A stretch of DNA of 64,000 bases from a virus. Its lineage: Duplodnaviria; Caudoviricetes. Location: the IMG/VR virus record IMGVR_UViG_3300020112_000604, positions 119,721 to 183,720 of that record, one strand, 5' to 3'. The number at the start of each line of letters is the position of its first letter. The first letter of the stretch is position 1. Made by a program: the position numbers and the translations under genes. Shown piece after piece: positions 54,969 to 64,000 of this stretch. The notes below the pieces were generated by a model that saw only the letters and a list, made by a program, of their open reading frames with translations, did no database searches and was not told where the DNA came from.

Positions 54969-56795
54969 TTATTTACGAAGTCCGATGAATTCGAATCTTT
55001 CAGTATCAGTATTGTATTTATACAGAGACCTCTTATCTACAGAGTCGCGAACGATAATATCCTTCTTAAAGGTATCAATAATGACACTTGCTGAAGAGCT
55101 TCCTTCGAAATTTGTTCTCTGTGTACTACTTGCGAGAATATTGCCGTCAAGTGTGTTTGTGTCGATATATTTGTACATACTGATTGAACCATAATCAACA
55201 GTCTCATCAATTGCTCCACTTGGGTCAATGTCTTCTGATTCTGTGTCGAATACGAATTTGTAATCAGTATATTCATCGAATGTGATTGGAGTTTCGGAAA
55301 CGAATATAACTATTGAACCAAAGCTTCCAGATACCTGTACCGGTTTAAACATGCTTGTTACTTCGATACCGCACTTGTCGAATACACGGAAGTGAGTAAG
55401 ATGAACGCCGCCATAACCGTGGAACTGGTCTGAGAAGAAGTAAACGTGCTGATTATTTGGTTTGAATGTAACCGATGCAGAACCATACTTCTTGAGTATG
55501 TCAAATCCGATTACATCGGTGCCTGTTCTGAGCGATTCGATAGTTGTTGATGCTTCAGGAATTTCGTCTATAACACCAACTCTGAGCACAGGTGTTACGT
55601 TTACCGGCATGCTTGTAAGCACAACACAGTCAGTACCAGTATCGTTTAAGAACTTAACTAATTCGAATGTGATTACTGGCGCCGGATCGGAAGATGATTC
55701 GAAATTTTCTGCGTTAAAATATAACGGTAAGCGTATCGAATTATTGTTAGGAATGAAGAAATGCAATTCTGAGAATCTGAATACTGATAATGGATCTCCT
55801 ACGAATTCATGTGTGGTACTATTGAACTCGGTGAAGAAACATGAAACAATATCATCGTTGTGATGTATTCTAATTCCGATATTAGGATTAGCTTCTACGA
55901 ATTCCCATATAGTATCAAATGACAGTTTATCTGCTAAGTCATCAATGAAACAGCCGATTTCGAGTTTTACGTCTCCAGAAGATAAAGCTCCTGTTATGAA
56001 GTTTATATTATCTACAGAAACCATCAGCGATATATCAGTATCAACAGTTTCACCGCTATAGTCCACGCACGGAACCGATACTGTTGGGTATTTATTAAGT
56101 GCATGGATGAAATCTTTAAACTTGTATGGGGTATAAGAAGCATCAAATTTGATCGTGTCGGTATTTGGACGGAAATAGCTTATTATAGAATCAAGAGAAT
56201 CTTCTGCTGTAATTGGCACTGCAATGTAGCCGCCTATACTGAAGGTGTCGAGGCCAAAGTCTTTTATGATTTTGGGATCGATTTCTCGAGATTTATTAAT
56301 TGTGTCCATCGTCATATAATATCCGTTTTCGTCTTCTCCAATGCATATCTGAAGATACCCACCAACATGTAACTCGTATATCCCGGTTTCTTCGTCATGT
56401 GTTGTATAATATGCATTAACGTCTGACAGGTCTATCAAATAACCGAATGGCGTAGTTGAGCCATGAGTTTTAGCATATTCGTAGACTTCTTTCAAAGACA
56501 TCCCTAAAAGGTAGAACGATGACATGGCCGCACTAAGGCTCTCGGCAACAGCATGAGTGAATGTCGGTTTCGGGTCGATACGATAAATTGCTCCGTCTAC
56601 TAATTTAGTCATGCCTGGATAATCGTAGTGAAATGCTGAAATTTCGGTACGATGAATGAAATATTTTCCAACGTTAGCGGCTAATTCGTCTTCTGATAAT
56701 GCGTTGATGTCGCATATTACGGCATCATCGTATGTGCGTGTTAAAATCTTACCAGGCACGCCGCCAATATTTAAAACGTTAACATTATTTAGCAT
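54969..56795 (-). CDS. Putative fibre/baseplate-associated protein, paralog 1
   Basis: MLNNVN start; motifs shared with the two neighbours. Confidence 0.55.
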   Translation of the reverse strand: MLNNVNVLNIGGVPGKILTRTYDDAVICDINALSEDELAANVGKYFIHRTEISAFHYDYPGMTKLVDGAIYRIDPKPTFTHAVAESLSAAMSSFYLLGMSLKEVYEYAKTHGSTTPFGYLIDLSDVNAYYTTHDEETGIYELHVGGYLQICIGEDENGYYMTMDTINKSREIDPKIIKDFGLDTFSIGGYIAVPITAEDSLDSIISYFRPNTDTIKFDASYTPYKFKDFIHALNKYPTVSVPCVDYSGETVDTDISLMVSVDNINFITGALSSGDVKLEIGCFIDDLADKLSFDTIWEFVEANPNIGIRIHHNDDIVSCFFTEFNSTTHEFVGDPLSVFRFSELHFFIPNNNSIRLPLYFNAENFESSSDPAPVITFELVKFLNDTGTDCVVLTSMPVNVTPVLRVGVIDEIPEASTTIESLRTGTDVIGFDILKKYGSASVTFKPNNQHVYFFSDQFHGYGGVHLTHFRVFDKCGIEVTSMFKPVQVSGSFGSIVIFVSETPITFDEYTDYKFVFDTESEDIDPSGAIDETVDYGSISMYKYIDTNTLDGNILASSTQRTNFEGSSSASVIIDTFKKDIIVRDSVDKRSLYKYNTDTERFEFIGLRK

Positions 56796-56811
56796 GTGAT
56801 ATCACCTCCAT

Positions 56812-58383
56812 TTACACAATAGCTCTGAAGTAACCCGTTAAGCTATTGAACGTGTTGCCTGGTGCATATGAGAACTTTGCGCCATTATCCAAACAGTATA
56901 TTTCAATGTACGAATCCGGAAGAGACGATGTTTCGATATTTCGCATTTCAACGATGTAAAGAGAATCACCATCTGCTAACTTAGTACCTTCAGGTGGAAG
57001 ATTATCGTAATTAGCCGCGAGTCGTTTATCGAAGATCTCGATTGTAACAGGACTTTCACCACCGATAGGATGTAAGCTTATTGCTACAACAACAGGACGC
57101 TGTGTATCGCCATAGTTTCCTCCAGATATTGGTACATCCATAATGAACGGAGCAAACTCGCCTGTCAGGTCTAATCCGTTTCCATCGGTAACTTTAACGC
57201 CGATTGCTTCGTTTGGAATATCTATTCCGTCATCACCCATACTAGGTAATGGGATGAAAATCATACGATTGTGCGCGGTATCAGACTCGGCGAATCTTAC
57301 ATTTATCTTACGGAAATTATCTGTGATACGTCGTGTATCCGCATTATCCACAAAGTCTTCAATGTTGAATGATGACGAATTGAGATTCTGTGCCCAGTAT
57401 GTGCCATGAGGAGCTAAGCCTGATGTAAGTATTGAAGAATCAAATGCTACCTTAAATGAATAAGAAGCAATTACTCCTTCATCCGAATGTAGTTCGAATA
57501 ATGCTTCACCATAACAATCAGCCTGTTCAATCTTAATATCAAATACGCATTCACCAGTTTCGAGCATTTCCGTAGGGATCTCATATGAGTAACCGTATCC
57601 GAATGTATCGTTAACCTTGAATCGTATATTTGATACAAGCTTTACAGTTCCAGCAGGAAGTAATGACTTAACGTAAACACGTTCGGTTAAATCTGATTCA
57701 TCAACAGAAATGGTTGCATGCTTTTCGCTAACGAATACTGTTCCTAATGAACCGCCGTTGTTGATTGCTTTGATGAATTCGCTGAATGTAACGTCGTTAC
57801 CGAGTTTGGTTTTCTCAAGAATAGATGGATCTATTTCAATCTTTGAACCGATGTATTCAAGACCTTCATGAGTAACTTCGACAAATCCGTATTCACCGAA
57901 TGGCAGGTCTTCGCTGATCTCTTCGACTTCTTCGGTATCAAATAAGAATCCGTAATACACATAAGAGTTTCTAGAGAAAAGCCTCTTTCCATCGTCGCCA
58001 ACCGTGATAACGCATGGATTTGCATCCGGTATTCTGTACATCTCATCGCCATCTATAACAACGTTGAACCAGGTTTCATCAAACTCTAAATCACCGTCAG
58101 CCTTTGACAGAAATTTGTAGTATGCTGCATTATCACGTAAATACATTACATGGATACCATCGTCTGCGATGAACTTATGAGCGGTTTTACAAACCTTGTA
58201 TATATGTCCAGGAATGAAATTTCCATTATCATTTCCACAATGCATGAAGTAATTGCCTGTGTCTGATGCTGTCGGAGTGAAGTTGTTAAGGTCTTTACGG
58301 AATTCGGTATTGGTTGGAAGTATAGCCTTAGAATAACCCAAAGATAATTTAATCGGAAAAAGATTTATATTATTAATTGCCAT
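56812..58383 (-). CDS. Putative fibre/baseplate-associated protein, paralog 2
   Basis: MAINNIN start; C-terminal LPD..IYCLDNG..F.Y...TGYFR module. Confidence 0.55.
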   Translation of the reverse strand: MAINNINLFPIKLSLGYSKAILPTNTEFRKDLNNFTPTASDTGNYFMHCGNDNGNFIPGHIYKVCKTAHKFIADDGIHVMYLRDNAAYYKFLSKADGDLEFDETWFNVVIDGDEMYRIPDANPCVITVGDDGKRLFSRNSYVYYGFLFDTEEVEEISEDLPFGEYGFVEVTHEGLEYIGSKIEIDPSILEKTKLGNDVTFSEFIKAINNGGSLGTVFVSEKHATISVDESDLTERVYVKSLLPAGTVKLVSNIRFKVNDTFGYGYSYEIPTEMLETGECVFDIKIEQADCYGEALFELHSDEGVIASYSFKVAFDSSILTSGLAPHGTYWAQNLNSSSFNIEDFVDNADTRRITDNFRKINVRFAESDTAHNRMIFIPLPSMGDDGIDIPNEAIGVKVTDGNGLDLTGEFAPFIMDVPISGGNYGDTQRPVVVAISLHPIGGESPVTIEIFDKRLAANYDNLPPEGTKLADGDSLYIVEMRNIETSSLPDSYIEIYCLDNGAKFSYAPGNTFNSLTGYFRAIV

Positions 58384-58397
58384 ATTCGTTCACCCCT

Positions 58398-60173
58398 TTA
58401 CTTTAATACATATCGTCCGAATCCACCAGATTCGAATGATTTCCATGGTGTTGCATCACGGTATTTGAATAATTTTCCTGTAGCAGCATATATAACAACA
58501 CTTGGTGGAATATCAGTGTTATCGTCTCTTGTTAATTCACACATCTGTGAACGTGTGACTACCGGAAGATTCTGAGGTATATAATCAAATACCAGGTATT
58601 CTTCACGCATTATTTCGATAGTGAATTCGACTGTATGAGTTCCGGTATATGTTGTGTTGCCAATTTCTACGATATATACGTCACCGACATATTCACGAGT
58701 GGTTTTACGTGAAATTGTCGGAACAATAATTCCGTCAACTCTTGCTACTATATTAATAGGAAGTTTAATACTATTATCTTCACAATATACGAACTGAATG
58801 TGCTCGTTGTTTAATGTCATTGTCATAGAACCCGAATATCTAGGTACATCAGGATTTTCACGTTTTAAAACGAGATTGCGTCCATTTGTTGGTGTATCAG
58901 TTTCGGTTTCGCATTTGTATACCGAAATCGCAAATGCGTTTTCATCACTTACGTCAATATTATATATCTCGGTGTATCCATCAACATCGGTAAACATAAC
59001 TTCGAGAAAACCGGACGCCGCTCCACCAAGCCAGAATGTAACGTGTTGACTTTCAGGACTTATTTCGTTACCTCCAACGATATCTCCGGTTTCGGCATCG
59101 TACTGCAGACCACAATTAACAATTGATGCTGTTCCGTCAGGATACATCCACTTTATCTCCGCAGTTGCATATTGGTCCGGATTTTTGTTGACAATATCAA
59201 ATTCGACACATGACGGCGGAAGTTCTACACCAGTATCCATATTCGGCACGTATTTACGTGTCACATTCTTGAGTGCTATGTTGTCATATGTCTCACGACC
59301 ATATGAGTAATTAGTTAAGCAATCCGCGAATTCGTTAAATGTCGTGTATTCTGCAGCATCGGCGGTATAAGATGATTCGAGACAACGTAAAATACCCTTT
59401 GTGTTGTTGAAGTTGCCGTTATTATTAGGCTTTTCTAATTCGTCGATAACAAATTTATCACAACGATATGCATTGAATCCTGAGACTTTAGCATCAGGAT
59501 AGCTTTTCATTACATATACCTCATACATATCGTCACCAACACGTAACTCTGGATGCTGTACCATACGTAACGATTCTAATGGTTCACTCCACGAACCATC
59601 ACCGTTTCTTACGATGTATATTTCGTTCATTTCGGCAAACTTGCATTCGTTGTTGAAGCGCCACGGATGTTCGTCATCAATAATTTTCAAAAACAGATCT
59701 CCGATAAGTAAACGGTATTCATCCGAAGCATCATCATGAATATATCGTTCCGGATATGCAGCAATAATCTTATCAGAATTATCAATGATGTCCTGTACAT
59801 CATAATCAGTCCTAAATATATACGGACCTACATCTCCAGTTTCGTCGATGAATGAATATGATGACACCATACTACATGAATCGTGTATACCGAAACTTTC
59901 TGCATAATTGTTTAAGGTATTAATAGCGTATATATTGCCAGTTTTGATTTCCGTTACATCGTCCGTTACATTTAAAGCGTCAACCGTAAAGTTTTCTCCA
60001 GTATGCATGATAACCTGATTCCTGATTCTAGGATTCAGTATTTTACTAGACTTATAGTTGAAAAGTTCTTTAGCCAGATCAGCACTAACAACGCCACAAT
60101 ACTTGGATTTATAATGTGCAGTATTCTCGGTGGTCAAACCATCGATAAACACACGATTAATATTATCTAGCAT
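58398..60173 (-). CDS. Putative fibre/baseplate-associated protein, paralog 3
   Basis: MLDNIN start; C-terminal TRSQM..D..IP...TGKLFKY...FGRY module. Confidence 0.55.
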   Translation of the reverse strand: MLDNINRVFIDGLTTENTAHYKSKYCGVVSADLAKELFNYKSSKILNPRIRNQVIMHTGENFTVDALNVTDDVTEIKTGNIYAINTLNNYAESFGIHDSCSMVSSYSFIDETGDVGPYIFRTDYDVQDIIDNSDKIIAAYPERYIHDDASDEYRLLIGDLFLKIIDDEHPWRFNNECKFAEMNEIYIVRNGDGSWSEPLESLRMVQHPELRVGDDMYEVYVMKSYPDAKVSGFNAYRCDKFVIDELEKPNNNGNFNNTKGILRCLESSYTADAAEYTTFNEFADCLTNYSYGRETYDNIALKNVTRKYVPNMDTGVELPPSCVEFDIVNKNPDQYATAEIKWMYPDGTASIVNCGLQYDAETGDIVGGNEISPESQHVTFWLGGAASGFLEVMFTDVDGYTEIYNIDVSDENAFAISVYKCETETDTPTNGRNLVLKRENPDVPRYSGSMTMTLNNEHIQFVYCEDNSIKLPINIVARVDGIIVPTISRKTTREYVGDVYIVEIGNTTYTGTHTVEFTIEIMREEYLVFDYIPQNLPVVTRSQMCELTRDDNTDIPPSVVIYAATGKLFKYRDATPWKSFESGGFGRYVLK

Positions 60174-60242
60174 TTCAATTTACCTCCTTTAATACAGCAG
60201 ATGTACCAATAATGATACATCCACTATAGAATGTGTGTGTAA

Positions 60243-60899
60243 TTAGTCATGAATTATGCGTCCATATTCACGTAAGTCGTTTCCAACAGGATCACTGTCA
60301 AATGCAACATTCCATTCCACACCAGTAGCAGCAAATGCATCAGCCTTTACATCAGCGAAGAGAGCGTCGACATCATCGTAATCCTGGTTAATGTTTGTGA
60401 TATAGATTGTGTTGGAATCACTTTCAACCCAGCCATTGTACTTCTTGGTTGTGTCATGTAATGTAATACCAATTTTGTCAGCAATAGCGTCATCCATACC
60501 AACGAATCTTTCGTTAGATGATGTACATACAGCCTGACCATCTTCGAGACCCACGTATACGTCACCAACGTATTTGCCGCCGTCCTCATGAACCCACACA
60601 ATCTTTTTGCCAGGTTCAATGTCGCCCTTAATAGGCTTATTAAATACAACTGTCATAACTTCTTCACCTCCGCCACTATTAAGTTTACGATATTTACCGT
60701 ATCCGTCTTCGTCATACGGGATGAACTCGTTGGCTTTGTTATAAATATACATATCCCCGTCGTCAGCACATACGCAAAAATAAACTGCCGGCATTATATT
60801 GTCGTCAATATTACACATCTGTTCTCTAGTTAAAAATAGCCTGTCGTCGACTGATACAGGAGATTTTACCGAGAAGCCTGTGCTTAATGGTGTACCCAT
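60243..60899 (-). CDS. Putative fibre protein with N-terminal GF.V.S..VD.R anchor module
   Basis: GFSVKSPVSVDDR...DGDMYIY...YGKYRK then GGG linker. Confidence 0.55.
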   Translation of the reverse strand: MGTPLSTGFSVKSPVSVDDRLFLTREQMCNIDDNIMPAVYFCVCADDGDMYIYNKANEFIPYDEDGYGKYRKLNSGGGEEVMTVVFNKPIKGDIEPGKKIVWVHEDGGKYVGDVYVGLEDGQAVCTSSNERFVGMDDAIADKIGITLHDTTKKYNGWVESDSNTIYITNINQDYDDVDALFADVKADAFAATGVEWNVAFDSDPVGNDLREYGRIIHD

Positions 60900-60952
60900 A
60901 TATTAACTCCTCCTTTTACATATTGTTAATAGCTATTAACACTAAGTAGTGT

Positions 60953-60964
60953 TACTATAAAGTT
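60953..60964 (-). promoter_or_regulatory. Late-type promoter AACT-N6-TA
   Basis: AACTTTATAGTA. Confidence 0.6.
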
Positions 60965-60965
60965 C

Positions 60966-60999
60966 AAAAAATGGAGAGTGGACTATAAGTCCACTCTCC
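60966..60999 (-). terminator. Intrinsic terminator
   Basis: GGAGAGTGGACT/AGTCCACTCTCC plus T6. Confidence 0.8.
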
Positions 61000-61057
61000 G
61001 TATATTGATAAATCTAAAACGTTAATGTCCGTTATACGAACCTCAAATATAATTATA

Positions 61058-64000
61058 TCACTGTACAATAACGCTAGTACCACTATATGTGTAATTAGTT
61101 ATTGATGGTGATAATGTTTTGTTTACATATACTGTCGGTACATGTGGACAGTTACCAATTATCTTATTTATATATGCAGTAGAAACGCTTGGTGCTTCTA
61201 TATAAACAGTGCATGAACTACTGTTGGCAGTGTTAAACATATTATACATCGCATTTAATTTGTTTGAATATACCGTAAACTCTGTAATGTTATTGCAGTT
61301 ACGATATGCATCGCTTGCATTAACTACATTCGGACCAATCATACCAGAAGTTAGATTTGCACAATTATTATATGCATAATTCATCGTAGTTACATTAGGA
61401 CCGCATACACCGGCACCGGTTAGATTTCTACAATTACTATATGCATTCTGCATGTTGGTTACATTATATCCACATACCGGATTGCCAGTAAGACTGTAAC
61501 AATTGTTATATGCGTAGGCCATATTTATTACATTATCGCCACATACAGGATTGCCAGTGAGATTTGAACAATTGCAATATGCGTAGGCCATATTTTCTAC
61601 TTTGTCACCACATACTGGATTACCGGTGAGGTTATTACAATTCTCATATGTGCAACCCATATTAGTTACACTATCACCACATACCGGATTACCAGTAAGA
61701 CTGTAACAATTGCGATATGTATTACACATAGTAGTTACATTATTTCCGCATACAGGATTGCCAGTGATACCGCAACAGTTATAATATGTGCCCCACATGT
61801 CAGTTACCTTATCACTACATACCGGCATGCCTGTAAGCTTAGAGCAGTTATAATATGTAGCATGCATGTCAGTTACATCATCACCACATACTGGATTACC
61901 CGTGATATTATTACATTCCTCATATGTTTCATACATATTCGTTACGTTAGGACCACATACCGGACTACCTGTAAGGTTATTACAACGGCTGTATGTATAA
62001 GCCATATTAGTTACTTTATCTCCACACACCGGATTTCCGGTCATGTTATAACAAGAACGATATGTGTTAGACATATCCTCTACATTAGGACCGCATACAG
62101 GTCTACCAGTGAGGTTGTAGCAATACATATATGTGTTACTCATGTTTATTACTTTATCTCCGCATGCTGGGTTGCCAGTTAAGTTAGCGCACTGGTAGTA
62201 TGTCTGATACATATTTTCTACATTAGGACCGCATACTGGTTCTCCAGCAAAATTTCTGCTGTAACAGTAATAATATGTATTACTCATATCGGTTACTTTA
62301 TCCCCGCATACTGGACCATCTGATAAATTATAGCAGTAAGTATATGTATTAGCCATATTAGTTACATTAGGACCACATACAGGACTACCTATGATATTAC
62401 CACACCCACAGAATGCACTACTCATATTAGTTTCATTAGGTATACATATAGGAATCATTACTGGAGCTGTAATAAATTTAGTATTCGCATTTACCATGGT
62501 GTCGATACCAGGAAAAGCATAATTGCTTCTAAACTCACGAGCTTCATCTGTAGACCAGTCTCTAATATTAATGCATGATCTGTAGTATACATTATTTAAA
62601 GCAAACATCTCTTCGACATTTGTGCTCGCATAGTATGGAAGATTACCGTCTGATGAAAAACGATATTCTTTTCCTCGGCACCAGCCACTTCTGATAACTA
62701 CCGGTGGATATACATTATCACATACTACACCGTTGCCATATGCTAAATAATGATAATCTAAGAAATTGTTTATTACAGAATCGTCTGGAATGTTATTCTT
62801 ATTTTCGAAAACTATCCTATGTGCAGCATAGCTTCCAAGCTGTGGTATACCAGTTTTATTAAAGAATATGCTAGGATCGGTGATTACGAGTGTTGTGTCT
62901 GTATTAGTGAACGCTCCATAATAGTTGTCTAACTTAATCAAGTCACGATCATATATATTTCCACAAACGTTTGTACACTCGTAAAATGCATACGCAATAT
63001 CACGTACATTAGGTCCAATGTTTATTTCCGTAAGATTTGGACAATTATAGTATGTACTATACATATTGGTTACATTAGGACCACATGCTCCCCTTTTAAG
63101 AGACTTACAGTTAGCATATGTGTATTGCATGTTAACGACATTGTTACCGCATGCTGCGTTTTCGAGACTAAAACAGTTGTAATATGCGTGAGTGAAATCT
63201 ACTACGTTATCTCCACATGCTGCGTTTCCAGTGATCTTTATGCAATTATCAAATGCACTGTACATATTAACTACATTAGGACCACATGCTGCTTTATTTA
63301 AATTCTGACAGTTATAATATGTGTAACCCATATTAACAACATTATTACCGCAGACACCGGTTCCTGTTAGCTTTTCACATCCGTAATATGTATCTATCAT
63401 ATCAGTTACTTTATCGCCACATGCTGCGTGTCCAGTCATATTGTTACAATAGTAATATGTGTAATACATATTCATTACATTAGGCCCACATGCTGCATTT
63501 CCGGAAAGATTATTACAATAATAATATGCGTAATCCATAATGGTTACGTTATCTCCACATACTGCATCCCCGGTAAGTTTATTACAACAATAATATGTGT
63601 AATACATATTGTTTACATTGTCTCCGCATACAGGACTACCAGTAAGATTATTGCAATACTGATATGCACAACTCATATCTATTACATTGTTCCCACATAC
63701 CGGAGAACCAGTGATGTTGTAACACTGATGATATGCACCGTTCATATTTACTACTTTATCGCCGCATACTGGTACACCAGTAAGCTTATTACAACCGGAA
63801 TAAATGCCGCTCATATTTGTTACATTAGGTCCACATACCGGATTACCAATGATATTATAACAATACTGATATGCACCAGCCATATTTACTACATTATTTC
63901 CACATGCAGGATTGCCATTAAGATTATAGCAACCAGCGTACGCGAAGCTCATATCTTTTACATTAGGTCCGCATGCCGGATCTCCAGTTATATTGCCACA
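61058..64000 (-). CDS. Partial (5' end outside window) Cys-rich BspA/TpLRR-like repeat protein
   Basis: Frame stays open to 64000; at least 30 copies of a 23-aa repeat MxxxYxxCxNLTGxPVCGxxVxN in two blocks. Confidence 0.85.
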   Translation of the reverse strand, partial: CGNITGDPACGPNVKDMSFAYAGCYNLNGNPACGNNVVNMAGAYQYCYNIIGNPVCGPNVTNMSGIYSGCNKLTGVPVCGDKVVNMNGAYHQCYNITGSPVCGNNVIDMSCAYQYCNNLTGSPVCGDNVNNMYYTYYCCNKLTGDAVCGDNVTIMDYAYYYCNNLSGNAACGPNVMNMYYTYYYCNNMTGHAACGDKVTDMIDTYYGCEKLTGTGVCGNNVVNMGYTYYNCQNLNKAACGPNVVNMYSAFDNCIKITGNAACGDNVVDFTHAYYNCFSLENAACGNNVVNMQYTYANCKSLKRGACGPNVTNMYSTYYNCPNLTEINIGPNVRDIAYAFYECTNVCGNIYDRDLIKLDNYYGAFTNTDTTLVITDPSIFFNKTGIPQLGSYAAHRIVFENKNNIPDDSVINNFLDYHYLAYGNGVVCDNVYPPVVIRSGWCRGKEYRFSSDGNLPYYASTNVEEMFALNNVYYRSCINIRDWSTDEAREFRSNYAFPGIDTMVNANTKFITAPVMIPICIPNETNMSSAFCGCGNIIGSPVCGPNVTNMANTYTYCYNLSDGPVCGDKVTDMSNTYYYCYSRNFAGEPVCGPNVENMYQTYYQCANLTGNPACGDKVINMSNTYMYCYNLTGRPVCGPNVEDMSNTYRSCYNMTGNPVCGDKVTNMAYTYSRCNNLTGSPVCGPNVTNMYETYEECNNITGNPVCGDDVTDMHATYYNCSKLTGMPVCSDKVTDMWGTYYNCCGITGNPVCGNNVTTMCNTYRNCYSLTGNPVCGDSVTNMGCTYENCNNLTGNPVCGDKVENMAYAYCNCSNLTGNPVCGDNVINMAYAYNNCYSLTGNPVCGYNVTNMQNAYSNCRNLTGAGVCGPNVTTMNYAYNNCANLTSGMIGPNVVNASDAYRNCNNITEFTVYSNKLNAMYNMFNTANSSSCTVYIEAPSVSTAYINKIIGNCPHVPTVYVNKTLSPSITNYTYSGTSVIVQ

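Noticed and set aside
1184-62182. Many antisense or alternate-frame ORFs in the track (e.g. 11412-11930, 47692-49860, 54308-54781)
   Set aside because: They are shadows of biased codon usage in the real genes and lack SD sites or motifs.
61058-64000. CRISPR array or DGR template/variable repeat
   Set aside because: Repeats are in-frame coding units; no reverse transcriptase or cas gene in the window; differences are not adenine-restricted on inspection.
1-64000. Stop-codon recoding, introns/inteins, tRNAs, chimallin or tubulin
   Set aside because: Standard code gives dense full-length genes; RNAP and terminase are uninterrupted; no cloverleaf or tubulin signature noticed; a shell protein cannot be identified by eye.

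Overview
A 64 kb segment of an AT-rich jumbo phage genome of the AR9/PBS1 (phiKZ-related) lineage. Strong AGGAGG Shine-Dalgarno sites and cell-wall enzymes suggest a Firmicute host, possibly an anaerobic gut or rumen clostridium; the host is inferred only. Recognisable core genes: a split multisubunit RNA polymerase beta' N-terminal subunit with DFDGD (8183-9925), a probable AR9 gp226-like promoter-specificity subunit two genes from a GroEL-like chaperonin (24448-28710), terminase large subunit, primase, SSB-like proteins, dUTPase, baseplate/neck proteins, fibre proteins, an M23 peptidase, an ABC exporter and a large Cys-rich LRR protein running off the right end. Two phage promoter classes can be read from the intergenic DNA: early TTTCAnTTRTATATTAT (7 copies) and late/middle AACW-N6-TA (about 14 gene-proximal copies), the latter with a TTACACC-N6 subclass. 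The most novel signals are non-coding. (i) A ~75-nt 5' leader with a predicted kissing-loop pseudoknot and an SD-sequestering hairpin occurs twice, 41 kb apart, in front of two unrelated early genes (an 89-aa protein and the ABC exporter). (ii) Up to four promoter-to-terminator units lack a sense ORF and look like phage sRNAs; one carries an anti-SD/anti-AUG tract, one is a ~90-nt rod hairpin, and these two share CTCCAAATTT. Also notable: putative packaged proteins, including a GNAT and a transglutaminase-like enzyme, share an N-terminal propeptide; a Cse60-like gene is frameshifted at an A8 run; and AR9-type promoters coexist with a dUTPase. All family calls are from motif recognition by eye; no database searches were run.
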